The notes below the pieces were generated by a model that was not told the DNA's origin, did not search any database, and saw nothing but the letters and a program-made list of their open reading frames with translations. Below, one piece after another: positions 52,054 through 64,000 of a stretch of DNA of 64,000 nt. The position numbers and the translations under genes were made by a program. Source of the DNA: the human T2T-CHM13v2.0 reference genome, Homo sapiens; contig CP068257.2 in the NCBI GenBank assembly GCA_009914755.4, forward strand, positions 42,752,001-42,816,000, written 5' to 3'. Numbering within the stretch: the stretch's first letter is position 1; each line of letters opens with the position of its first letter.

Positions 52054-54172
52054 CACAGGGAAGGCCTGTGACTCCTCGGTTACTGGCCGTGGGTCCAGAC
52101 CTCTGCCAGGGACCATGTTGTGCTCAGTGCTCCTGTTTCTAGCTGCACCATCGGGCTGAGCTCCCACTGTCTGGGGCTGGTCTCGGCTCTGTGTCTGCAG
52201 GATCTAGAAACACCCATGCTGAAGGTGGCACCCAGGGAAGGGGTGGGGGCTGTGCCTGGGGGTCAGACCAGAGAGGGACGCCACCAAGGGGATGGGCGTC
52301 TGCTCTGCTCACTTGAAACACCCATGACACGAACTTCGCCATTGGAACCATTTCAGCTGCACAGTGCAGTGGCCGTAGACACTCACACGGCTGTCCCCCA
52401 TCACCACCGTGCCCCCTGCTCTGCCCACTCCTAGAAGCGCTGCTCCTCCAACCCGGGGCTGCTGCCTACTCCAGCAGTGCCCCCAGGGGGCCCCGTGGCT
52501 GAGCTGTCTGTGGGTGCCTGCTTGGGCCCAGCCACACACCAACAGCGGCTCTGTGGGAGGAAGTTTTGCCTCCTTTTGTAGAGGGACCTGGGGTGCGGAG
52601 AGGGCAGAGGGCTTGCTCAGTCCTCTCAGCAGCTGCTGGCAAAGCCAGGCCTGGACCCAGCTCTCCTCGGCTGTGCCGTGCAGCAGCCACAGAGGTCAGC
52701 GGCTCTTCGAACCAAATGGGAAACCAGGACATGCCTGGTGGACCACGGACTTTTTGCGAGTCAGGCATGAGGCCTTCTGATCATTCACTCATCCCTTCCT
52801 ACCTGGTTGCTGAGCCTGTCTGTGCCCTGGGGATGGGGATTTGAGGGGTGCAGTGATGAATAAAACCCATCCCTGCCCGAGGGCCTCACAATCCTGGATG
52901 AAGTCCACTCAGGACCGCAGGAGCCGGACCGGGTCGGAGGCCGGGGAAGAGCAGGCATTCCAGCGGAGGAGTCAGCTGGCTTCTCCAGTGAGGCGGCTGA
53001 GAGTGAAGACTCCAAGGGCAGAACAAACAGCAAATGGGAGACAGGCAGGGGCACGTTCCACAGCACAGACGTGGGCCAGCCCGCTGGGGGCAGTGTGGAG
53101 CAGGCAGTGCCCTCATCCAGGACCTCAGCATTGAAGGAAGCGAGGGTTCTGTGAACCGTGGTCTCTTAGAGGTCACTGCCCTCTGAGGGAAGAGCTCACA
53201 GTGAGCAAGATCTGGGTGGGGGCTGGCGGGAGGGTGAGCGGAAGCTGGCTGAATGCAGACACGATGGCCAGAGCTCCAGCAGCCTTCTGGGGCCATGAGG
53301 ATGAGGCACCCGCCGGGTGTGGTGGAGTGGGAGGTGACAGGCTCTTTAGGGCCCCGCCCTCCAGAGTCCTTTCTTATGTGAGAAGGGAATACTGTGTGTT
53401 AAAGCCACTGTTATTTTGGGTGCCAACCAATTTTAACCTAAAATTGGTTAAATATGCAGCCAACCAATTTTCATGGAATCACTAGACAACCCAGAACCAT
53501 CAAATGTTTGAGGAAAACCAATCACTACCAAAAAGGGGCCCCCAAAGTCAGCAGGTATCAAGGAAGCAGAGCAAACAACACCCTCGAGAAAAGGGCAGTA
53601 CGTCTTCACAGGTTTATTTATCCATAGAGAAGATACAGCCTTAAAAACGGAACTGAAAATATAAATATGAAAAATGTGACATCCAAAAAAAATTAAAAAG
53701 TGATGGGGTGAATAACAGGAAGAAAAGGCTGAAGAACGAACTTGTGCCTGGAACACACAGTCAAGGAATTCTCCACTTTGTGATGTCAGCTTTCCTCAAA
53801 TATCTGGGGATGCTTTATTGCTTCCTTTGCTTTGTACTTGAAAATGCCCAAGTTTTTTTGTACACAGCAGAGCGAGATAGAGGGAAAGTATGAAAAAAAA
53901 AAAAAAGGAAATGGAGGACGAAGCCAGACATTCCAACATCTGCACACTGAGAGTTTCAGAAGAAGAACAGGATTGATGGGAGGGAAATAATGCACACCTG
54001 GGCCCTGTGGGCCCCGCGACGGAAGCTCTGCCTGCTCCTCACGGTTTCTCCCGGCGCCCAGAGCAGCGGCTGTTACAGAATCGGCTCTCCGTGAATGAGA
54101 CACGAGATATGTCTTCATCTTCATAAAATTTTAGAACAATGAGGGCAAAAGGAAAGATTTAAAAACCACTAT

Positions 54173-54745
<573 letters not shown>

Positions 54746-55096
54746 GACAAAATGTGAGGATGCAGAAAATGTCACCCATGCATCCTTCCTGAACGAGTTT
54801 CTCAAAGGTGAATTACAGAAAACAAAACAAAATGAAAGAGAACAAAGCACAGAGCACTGCAGGCTGCCCAGGCTGTTGTAGCAAAATGCCACAGGCCGGC
54901 TGGTCAAAACCTAGAAGCGATTCTTCTCGCTGTTCTGGAGGCTGGAAGTCCACGATCAAGGTGCTGGCAAATTCAGTTTCTGGGGAGCGCTGTCCTAGGT
55001 GGCCATGGTTAACAATGCTGTACTGGATGCTGGACATGGGCTGAGAGGATAGATCTTAAGTGTTCTCAACACACACAAAGAAAATAAAAGAAGCTG

Positions 55097-55398
55097 GTGC
55101 GGTGGCTCATGCCTGTAATCCCAGCACTTTGGGAGGCCGACGGTGGGTGGATCACTTGAGGCCAGGAGTTCAAGACCAGTCTGGGCAACATGGCGAAACC
55201 CCATCTCTACTAAAAATACAAAAAAAAAAAAAAACAAAAAAAACTAGCTGGACATGGTGGCACGTGCCCATAGTCCCAGCTACTGGGGAGGCTGAGGTGG
55301 CAAGATTGATTGAACCTGGGAAGCAGAGGCTGCAGTGAGCCAAGATTTCACCACGGCAGTCCAGGCTGGGCGACAAAAAAAAAAAAAAAAAGAAAATA
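55097..55398 (+). mobile_element. Alu SINE (sense) with an A-rich middle and tail
   Basis: 'agctggtgcggtggctcatgcctgtaatcccagcactttgggaggccgacggtgggtggatcac...'. Confidence 0.92.
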
Positions 55399-55401
55399 TT
55401 T

Positions 55402-55470
55402 TAGGTTGGTGCAAAAATAATTGCTTCTAATTGCAAACACCGCAGTTACTCTTTTCACCAACTTGGTAGT
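55402..55470. mobile_element. MADE1-like mariner-derived MITE remnant
   Basis: 'ttaggttggtgcaaaaataattgc...gcagttactcttttcaccaac', the characteristic MADE1 terminal inverted repeat. Confidence 0.55.
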
Positions 55471-56411
55471 CACTGTGAGGTGTGAGCATGTGAAATAGCT
55501 TGACTGCAGTGATCATTCACAGCGTGTATCAGAACATCAAGTCATACACCTTAACTATACACAATTCCTATTTGTGAATTATATCTCAGTAAAGTTGAAA
55601 CAATTTTATAGAAATTTAATAATAGCCTAGAATTAAACTTCCAGACGGCCTCAGCGGGGGTGGCAGAGGAGACTTGTGAAGGCAGCTGAAGTGCAGTGGC
55701 TTCCCTGTCTTGCTCTGGAGGAAGAATCAGACGCTGGCCACACATGAGTGCTGGGGAAACGTGGGCTTAAAAATGCAGGAAGTAAACCTCAGGGCATCAC
55801 TAGAAGGATAGAAATAGAGGAATGACTTTAAACCACTGGAGGAATAAAATGAAACAACAAAATCAAGGAAAGAAAAAATATCACTAAAGAATGGTTAATA
55901 TGAACCAAAATGGCAGGAAACAGTCAAACCGTAACAGTAATAACCACGCATGTAAGTGGCGAGTCTCATATTGGGATAAAGACATAACACAACTAGTTCC
56001 TGCTATTTTCCATCCACAAAAGACTCACCCGAAACTAGAGGGACGCATAACCGCTGAAAACGGGGACGTCTACACCAGGCAAATGCTCTCAGAAAGCAGG
56101 ACGTGGAAACGGTCATCACAGACCAACAGAACGGAAGGCTAAGTTTGTCCTTTTAAGGAACAAAGAGGAAAGTGTAATTGGATAAAAGTACAAATGCATT
56201 AGGAAGATACTATGATCATGGTCTATTATGTAACATGGATATTATAATATTATAATATATAAGGCAAAAACTATATATAAATATATAAGGCAAAATTCTT
56301 AAATTTATAAGGCAAAATGGAAATTCAAGAAGAAACTGGCAAAGTCACAGCCATTGCTGAAGTCTTTGCAGATTTCTCTCAGAAATTAAAGCAATCAAGA
56401 AGCACAAGGAA

Positions 56412-56720
56412 GCCAGGCGTCATGGCTCACACCTACAATCCCAGCACTTCGGGAGGCTGAGGCCGGTGGCTCACTTGGGGTCAGGAGTTTAAGACCAGCC
56501 TGGCCAACATGGCAAAAGCCCATCTCTACTAAGAACACAAAAATTACCCCTGCATGGTAGTGCGTGTCTGTAATCCCAGCTACTCAGGAGGCTGAGGCAG
56601 GAGAATCACTTGAACCTGGGAGGCGGAGGTTGCAGTGAGCTGAGCTCATGCCACTGCACACTCCAGCCTGGGAAACAGAACGTGACTCTGTCTCAAAAAA
56701 AAAAAAAAAAAAAAAAGCAC
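56412..56720 (+). mobile_element. Alu SINE (sense) with poly-A
   Basis: 'gccaggcgtcatggctcacacctacaatcccagcacttcgggaggctgaggccggtggctcac...'. Confidence 0.92.
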
Positions 56721-59700
56721 AAGGAGAAGAGGGCAGAACTGGAATGTAGGCAGTGGAGATTGCGGTTGCCCTGTGGGCATGTGTACATGCGTGTGTATAC
56801 CTACAGATATGGATGTCTGTGTGCCTGTCTGCATTTATATGTACACGTATCTTGATGGATTATGGATTATTACATATTGTGCATATAACTCGTGTAATAT
56901 GCATGAACACACATGAACGATACGTGAGCAAACACTATGGATCCATATAGTGTGTGATTCTGCACCTGCTCTGCTGCAAACAGGTCCTGAGGAGACACTT
57001 CATCTTCAGACACATCTGCATGTGCAGACGGAACATGAACAGTCTCGTAGAGAGGGGGCCCCAGCAAGTTTCCAAAGCACCCCCACCCTGCTGGAAACAC
57101 TCTCCAGCCACAACCTCAGGAGAGTCATGCTAGGACGCGGGGGGCGTGCCGTGAGAGGACAGCAGGCGTGAGTGGATCTCCAGGCACCCTCGGACCCTAA
57201 GCGCCCAGCCCTGGCCAGCTCAGCAATGGCACTGTCGGCCGGCCAGCGGGCCCCACTGGGAATGCAGCCCTCCTTGCCCTTTGCCCTCTGTGAGGGGCTT
57301 CTGTCCTCACCATCAGATTGTGACAGGAGGCCTCACCTCCTTCTGTTTCCCAGGCTGGGTGATCATGGGGAGGGCAGGGCCACTGGGAGAGTGGAGGCTG
57401 TCCTGCGACTCAGCCACAGGGATTTGGGGGAAGGAAGTGAGGACTTTGAGCTGGGCATGCTGTCCTCCCTAACAAAGCAGGGATTCTCTCCGGAGAGCCA
57501 GAGGGGCTAAAGCAGCTTCCCCCAGAACCCCCCTCACATTGCCTCCAGCTGGGACGCCCTGCAGGTCCAGTGGGGGAGAAATGAGACATGAGAGAGAACG
57601 AGAGGGTGTGTGCCACCCAGCAGGCGCGTCTCTCTGAGAGAATGAGAGGGTGCAGGCCACCCAGTGGGTGCCTCTCTCTGGCGTGGCTGGAGGGCTTTCA
57701 AAGGAACATTCATAACCTTAAATGCACTTGTTTGGAAATAAAAAGACTGAAATAGATGGTCTAAGTTTCTGACTCAAGAGGCTAAAAAAATAGCTACAAA
57801 ATAAATCCAGAGGTGAAGATGAAGACAATGTCGGATTTTAATGAAATAGGAAAAAATAAAGAACTGGTGTGATAAATATATTCAAAAACCAGTTCTTGGA
57901 AGATATCAACAAAAACGACAAAGCTTAGACGACTCAGAGCAAGGGAAAGCCAGAGATCGGGGTGGGTGTGGCGTGCAGGAGAGCCCACAACAAGGGGGGG
58001 TTCCAGAATCCAAGGGAGGACCCCGGGAAATGGGACAGGCTGGGAGCCAGGGGCGAGGAGGTGGCTCAGGTGGCTAGGGGGCCTTTGGGGAAGGATGGCC
58101 TGGCTGCACAGACCGTGCTCGCTGGCCCAGGAGGGAACATAACCGGTCCAGATTTTCAAGATTGACAGAGAAATCCAGGAATTCAGGGAGCTTAGGGGAA
58201 GGCTCGGTCTGGCCAAAGCCACTGAGGACCAATTGGCTGAAAGGCAATTCATGAGGGCGGACGCCCTGGAGAGTGTGGCTGCTCCAGCCCAGCCCTCGTG
58301 GACTCCTCTTGGCAGCCCTGGCCCTCACCACGGTGCTGCCCCTGCCCTGCCTGTGAGATGGCCGGGGGCTCTGTCTGAGGGTCCCCACGCTGAGTGAGGG
58401 GCAGGGGCTGGGTCAGGAGGGACGAGTGTGGAGGCAGGGCAGCAGAGGGCCCCGGAGGGCAGCAGGGTGGTCAGCCTGCACCCAGCGGCTGGCCGTGGCA
58501 GTGGGGCAGGGCTCATCCGAGGCCGCTCTGTCTCTCTGAGTGTGGGGTGGGCAACCCCGGCTCCTTCACCCAAGATGTTTTATTCATTTGCCTGATGGCA
58601 TCCCAGCCCCGTGGAGGCTGCAAGTGCAGCTCCTCCACGCCAGTCCCCAGCGAGACGCACTCAGACCTCTCCTGGCCAGATGCCCTCGCGGCTGGGAGAG
58701 TGATTAACCAGCTGGAGCAGCTGCATTTTACCCCCAGACCACAAGGCTGGATCCTGGGCAGATAAGGGAGTGAGATGCTCAGCCCTCAACTCAATCACAG
58801 CCATGAGGGAGGCCACAGCGCTCAGACCAGGGAGGCAGGAGGAGGCTTCTGGTGTTTTTGAGAGCACAGGCTGTGTGCAGGGCCCTTGGAGACGGCTGAC
58901 GTCTTCACCAAATGGGGCAGGCCACACACGCAGAACCCAGGCGACCCAAAGAAGGCACTCACCACGTGGCTTCAGGCAAGTGCCCCTGACTCAACAATCG
59001 GTCAATCAGTGCATACACTGTGAACACCGGGAAGAGTCTGTGACCGGCGAGCACGCCGCACATCTGCCTTGTCTTGACGGTGGCATCACCCACACTTAGT
59101 CATGCACACACCTCTTAGGCGTGAGCAGCTGATGGGTTACTGATGTCAGCAACCAGCACCCAGTCATCTCCAGCCCCCAGAGCCCTGGAGCCCCTGCATT
59201 GTTGTCCCCATGCTTCTGACCTCCTCACCCCCCACGAGTCTCCTCTGCTCTTGAACCTCCCCAGTCGGAACCTGGCCAGGTGTCCTTTGCATGCCTGGCC
59301 TCCTTCACTCTTGGTAACGTCTGCGGATTCATTCCTGTCTACGCTGCAGTGTTCAGTGGCAACTGCATGAATTCACTGAAAATATACTGTAACGTTTGGG
59401 TTTGGCTGTGGCATCTCTTCCACTTTTAACATACCAACTTCACAGCTCACATTATTTTAATCCCTTTAAAAGATAATTGATTTAAAGCAAAAATCATAAC
59501 AATGTGTTGTGGGGTTTATGACACACGAGAAGGTGTGATGGTGATGGTGTAGGGTCCAGGTGAGGGTGGGGGCACCCCGCTGTGGGGATCTTACAGTGTG
59601 CCTGACCGGCTGGCACAGGAGAAGCCGGGACAGGAGAAGCCGGAGGTAGGTCACTCTCCACCCTGGGGCAGCCACTGACAGCAGAGTCGCTGCGGAGGGG

Positions 59701-60569
59701 CCAGGCGGGGAACACACACGGAATCCTAAGGAAAACCTGAGGCTGGAAGAGAGGACAGAGGAACAGGGCTGTGTGGAGCGGCCAGGGAAGAATCAGCACA
59801 CACCGGGCCCGGCCAGAGCGCTCGTCACCTCAAAACAAGGTCATCAAAGCCAGAATCACCCCAGCAAAACAGCGCAAGCTGGACCGCTGCCCTCACTCAG
59901 CTTCTACAGTTTCTCTGCTCGTGTTCTTTGTCCCTTCCAGGATTCCACGCTGCTTTTAGCTGTCACTTCTCCTGTCTTCTGTTGCCTTCCATGAGCTTTT
60001 TGCCTTTGAGTGCACTGACCAGTCACTTTGTATGGTGTCTCTCAGTTTGGGTGTGCCCAGGATGTTCTCACGATCGGAATGCGGAGATGCATTTTTGGCA
60101 GGAATATCGCAGAAGTGACGTCCTTCTCAGGTTGTTGTATCAAAGGTACGTGATGCCAATCTACCTTGCCACTGATGGCCCGAGCTTTGTCACATAGATA
60201 AGGTGGTTTCTGCACTGAAAAGCTGTTATTACTTTTTTAGGTTAATAAATATGTCAAAGCAGATACTTTGATCCTATGGAAATCTCCAATGAAGCTAATT
60301 TAAGTATAAGACACACTAGGTAAAAAGTAACAAGGTAAAAGAAGATATCCCATGCTAAACTAATCAAAGGAAAGCAGGAGTCAATTTCAAGTCAGAGTCT
60401 AGGGATAAAGAGGGTCATTTCATGATGACACAGGGGTCAACCAGTCAGGAGCATGCACGATGTGAGCACAGAGTCTCAAAACACATGAAGCAAAAGCTGA
60501 TAGAGCTGCAAGGAAAAATTACAGACAAATCTGCAATTACAGTCAGAGGTTTCAACACCGCTATCAAGA

Positions 60570-60785
60570 ATTTGTTTGTTTGAGACAGGGTCTTGCTCTG
60601 CCACCCAGGCTCAAATGCAATGGCACAATCACGGCTCACTGCAGCCTTGACTTCCTGGGCTCAAGAAATCCTCCTGCCTCAGCCTCCCAAGTAGCTAGGA
60701 TTGCAGGCATGCGCTGCCATGGATGGGTGAGTTTTTGATTTTTTGTAGAGATGGTGTCTCACTTTGTTGCCCAGGCTGGTCTCTC
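60570..60785 (-). mobile_element. Partial Alu (antisense)
   Basis: 'gagacagggtcttgctctgccacccaggctcaaatgcaatggcacaatcacggctcactgcagcc...gcctcccaagtagctaggattgcaggcatgcgc'. Confidence 0.85.
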
Positions 60786-60789
60786 AATA

Positions 60790-63320
60790 ATTAGCAGAGC
60801 AAGTAGACAGAAAGTGGATGATAATATGGGCTACTCAAATAACACAGTCATTGCCGTTTATAGGACACCTCGTGGAGCAACAGTACACAAATTCAAGTGC
60901 GCATGCAACAACCGCCAACCATAATCGGGGCCATGAAAGAGTCTCAATAAATTTAAAAGGATCCGAAACATAGAATATGTCCTCTGACAACAATGGCTTT
61001 AAAGTAATGATCAACAGCAGAAAGAGCTCTGGAAAATGCACAGATATGTGGAAGTGAAATAGCATAGCTCTAAACTCATGGGTCAAAAAGGAAATCAAAG
61101 GGAAAATTATAAATTATTTTCAACTTAATGAAAACAAAAATACAACATATCAAAATTTCTGGGATGCAGTTAAAGGTGGACTTAGAGGGAAATTTATAGT
61201 ACTGAATGCTTGTACAGATCAGTGACCCCAGCTTCCACCTTAAGAGACCTAAAAAAGAAGAGAAAGTCAAACCCAATGTAAGCAAAAGAGGCTGGGTGCA
61301 GTGGTTCATGCCTGTAATCCCAGCACTTTGGGAGGCCGAGGTGGGTGGATAACCTGAGGTCAGGAGTTCGAGACAAGCCTGGTCAACATGGTGAAACCCC
61401 ATCTCTACTAAAAATATACAAAAATTAGCTGGGCATGGTGGCACATGCCTGTAATCCCAGCTACTCAGGAGGCTGAGGCAGGAGAATCACTTGAACCCGG
61501 AAGATGGAGTTTGCAGTGAGCCGAGATTGCCCCCACTGAACTCCAGCTTGGGCAACAAGGCAAGACTCTGTCTCAAAAACAAAAACAAAAACAAAAACAA
61601 ACAAACAAAAAAACAAGCAAAAGAAAGAATAAAGAGTGGAAGTCAATGAAAAAAAAGTGCATCAACGAAACCAAAAAGCTATTTCTTTGAGAAGATCAAT
61701 ACAATTGATAAACTGCTATCTGATTGTTCAGTTAAAAAAAAAGCCACAATTGCCAGTATCAGAAATGAGAAAGATGACATCACCTCATACTTCACAGATG
61801 TTGAAAGGATAAAGGAATATTATGAACAACTTTATGCTAATAAATTCAACAACTTATATGCGATGGGCAATTTCTTGAGCGATACAAACTACATACATTC
61901 AGTCAAGAATAAAATAAACTCAGCAGTTGTATATCCATTAAATAATTCAACCACATATAAAAATGATAATACATCATGACCACGTGGGCTTTATCCCAAG
62001 AACACAAGATTGATTTAACACTTTAAAATCAATCATTATACTCTATCATATTAATAGATCATCACGCAAAAAGATTCTCAATAGATGCAGAAAAAACAAA
62101 ATCCAACTTTCATTCCTGATTAAAAAGACTCTCAGCAAACAAGAGAAAGGATAGTCTTTTCAACAGTCTGGAAAAAACTGATTATCCACATACACAAAAA
62201 ATAAACATTGAATCATATCTCATACTATAAACCCAAATAAACTTAAAATAGGTAATAGACCCAAATGCAAACCTTTAAAACTCTAAAACCCTTGTGACTT
62301 TGGGTGAGGCAAAGATTTCTTATATATGACACCAAAAGCAGGATCCATAAAAGAAAAACATAAATTGGATTTCCTCAAAATTAAAAAATTCTGCTCTTTG
62401 AAAAACTGTTAAGAGAATGAACACACAATCCAAAGGCTTGGAGAAAGCATTTACAGATCACATATCTGATAAAGGACTTGTATCCAGAATATGCAACAAA
62501 CTCCCAAACTCAATAATAAGAAAATAAACAACCCAATTAAAAGTGAGTAAAAGATTTGAACTCAACGCTTACTACAGGAGATGGAGAATAAACAGATGAA
62601 ATGATGCTCAACATCATTGGCCAACAGGGAAACGCAAATTAAAACCACAGTTCCATCTATCACCACACACCTATTAGAGTATTTGAAATTAAAAAGACAA
62701 ACCATACCAAGTGCTGGGGAGGATGTGGAATGTAAAACCATACAATCGCTTTGGCAGTTTCTTAAAAAGTTTCACATATGGCTACCGTGGCATCCAGCCA
62801 CTCCACTCCTAGACATCTATTCAAGAGAAAGAAAAGCATTCATCCAAAGACTTGTGCACAATGTTCGGATCAGCTTTATCTGTAAGAGCCAACACCAGAA
62901 ACAACCCAAATGCCCACCAGCAGGTGAATGGACACAAACTGTGGTACATTCATACACTGGAGTACCATGCAGCTGTAAAAGAAATACGCATTGACAAACC
63001 AAATGACGCAGGCAAATCTCAAAAATAATTGTGCTGAGTGAAAGAAGCTACACAAAAAGTACATATTATATGATTCCATTTGTGCAAATCATAGGAAATG
63101 CAAAGTAATCAGTAGTGACAGAATGCAGATCAGTGCTTGCCTGGGGATGAGGGAGGGCAGGGAGAGATGACCAAGAGGGAACCCGGGGTGTTCACTATGC
63201 TGATTGTGGTGATGGTTTCACAGGAGTATCCGAGTGTTAAAACGTACCAAATTGAAATATGTGGCTTACCGTCTGTCAATTACACCACAATAAGGCTACT
63301 TTTTGAAAACCATGAGGATG
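60790..63320 (+). mobile_element. Old L1 (LINE-1) element, ORF2 region to the 3' end, sense orientation, interrupted by a nested Alu
   Basis: The + frame translates to L1 ORF2-like peptides ('...[34 protein letters not shown]...', 'MANRETQIKTTVPSITTHL...LKKFHIWLPWHPATPLLDIYSRE...KQPKCPPAGEWTQTVVHSYTGV'), with frameshifts and stops. Confidence 0.75.
61288..61612 (+). mobile_element. Alu SINE (sense) nested inside the L1, with an (AAAAC)n tail
   Basis: 'ggctgggtgcagtggttcatgcctgtaatcccagcactttgggaggccgaggtgggtggataacc ... aaaacaaaaacaaaaacaaaaacaaac'. Confidence 0.92.
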
Positions 63321-63469
63321 GCTCAGGTCCGGCTCAAATGCCCCCACCCTGCGTTCCTTCCTTGGGATGTCAGACGCTGGAGCTGGAGCAGAAGGGGACC
63401 TAGATGGGCGGAGATCTAGCCCTACTCACCCACTGGCCACGGGGTAGGCGAGGGACGCTCAGCAGGGGC

Positions 63470-64000
63470 TTCCCGCAGACCCAGGGTCTTCAAGCCCCAG
63501 AAGTCCTGATGCCAGAGGGAAGAGGGGATTTGCCCAGAGTGAGGGGCAGGGGCTGGACCCACAGCCCCTCCCGGCGCGCAGACCCCGCCCCCACCCATAA
63601 CCACGCCCTCAGCCCCCACCACCTCGTCCTCAGCCCCACAACCACGCCCCCAGCATGCCACAATTACTCCCACAACCCGCCCACAGCCCCTGCGACCTGG
63701 GTCTTAGTACCAGCTCCATCTAAAGCCGCACCACCGGCCCCTCCCATGCCCCTCCCATGCCCCTCCCCCATCTCTTCCAGGCCCCGCCCTGCCGCAGAAC
63801 CCGCCCTCAAGCCCCGCCCCCGCCTAACCACAAATCCCGTTCCGGTCTCCTTACATGCCCCGCCCCTTCCCCGCCCCCGCGGGGAATCGACACAGCCTGT
63901 CTCCGCCTTTCGCCCCGCCCCCTCCAGGCCCCGCCCCACCCCGCCCCTCGCCCGCGCAGGCCGGAGTCGCGGCCTCCCCAGCTAGTGGTCGCGGGCGCGG
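63470..64000. promoter_or_regulatory. CpG island with a dense GC-box (Sp1-type 'ccccgccc') cluster at the window edge. Probably the promoter of the next gene downstream of TRPM2 (LRRC3 in the reference, from memory).
   Basis: At least 8 GC boxes ('gccccgcccccgcc', 'gccccgccccttccccgcccccgcgggg', 'ccgccccctccaggccccgccccaccccgcccctcgcccgcgcaggccggagtcgcgg'). Very high G+C and CpG. Lies about 12.8 kb past the TRPM2 poly(A) site. Confidence 0.6.

Noticed and set aside
53400-54130. Possible L1/other interspersed-repeat fragments in the 3' flank (also 55470-56400)
   Set aside because: They look like degenerate transposon-derived sequence. I could not assign a family confidently from memory, so they are not listed as features.

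Overview
This is primate (almost certainly human) genomic DNA, not a prokaryotic locus. On the + strand it carries the 3' half of the cation-channel gene TRPM2 (chr21q22.3 from memory). I resolved 19 coding exons (1381..50288) and numbered them 14-32 by counting back from the terminal exon. Each has canonical AG/GT boundaries and consistent phase. Together they translate to the known TRPM2 sequence from '...GVFTECYRKDEERAQKLL' through S1-S6, the pore loop (FGQIPGYIDG), the TRP box (IWKFQR), the coiled-coil region, the complete NUDT9-homology domain, and the stop after '...AAAEFGAHY'. The 3'UTR runs to an AATAAA at 51143.

The introns are dominated by Alu elements (about 20), old L1 fragments, a full-length THE1 (MaLR) element, an extraordinary roughly 3-kb (TCCC/TTCC)n polypyrimidine tract, and more than a dozen minisatellite/VNTR arrays. 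This repeat density fits a subtelomeric-like 21q22.3 context.

Two CpG islands are present. One lies in intron 24/exon 25, reported (from memory) as the shared promoter of TRPM2-AS and TRPM2-TE. The other is a GC-box-rich island at the very end of the window, about 12.8 kb past the TRPM2 poly(A) site, probably the promoter of the downstream neighbour LRRC3 (from memory).

Sequence-level details worth a second look:
- a CAGTAG tandem acceptor at exon 17, the reported mechanism for the truncated TRPM2-S isoform;
- the 102-nt cassette exon 27, matching TRPM2-deltaC;
- VNTRs abutting two 3' splice sites (exons 17 and 21);
- a 115-bp tandem duplication that copies the exon-31 splice donor;
- an inverted Alu pair in intron 30;
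- a THE1 element splitting a GGT minisatellite;
- an interstitial telomeric (CCCTAA)n tract.

I find no evidence of a novel or undescribed system. All long non-TRPM2 ORFs in the six-frame track are translation artefacts of the tandem repeats.
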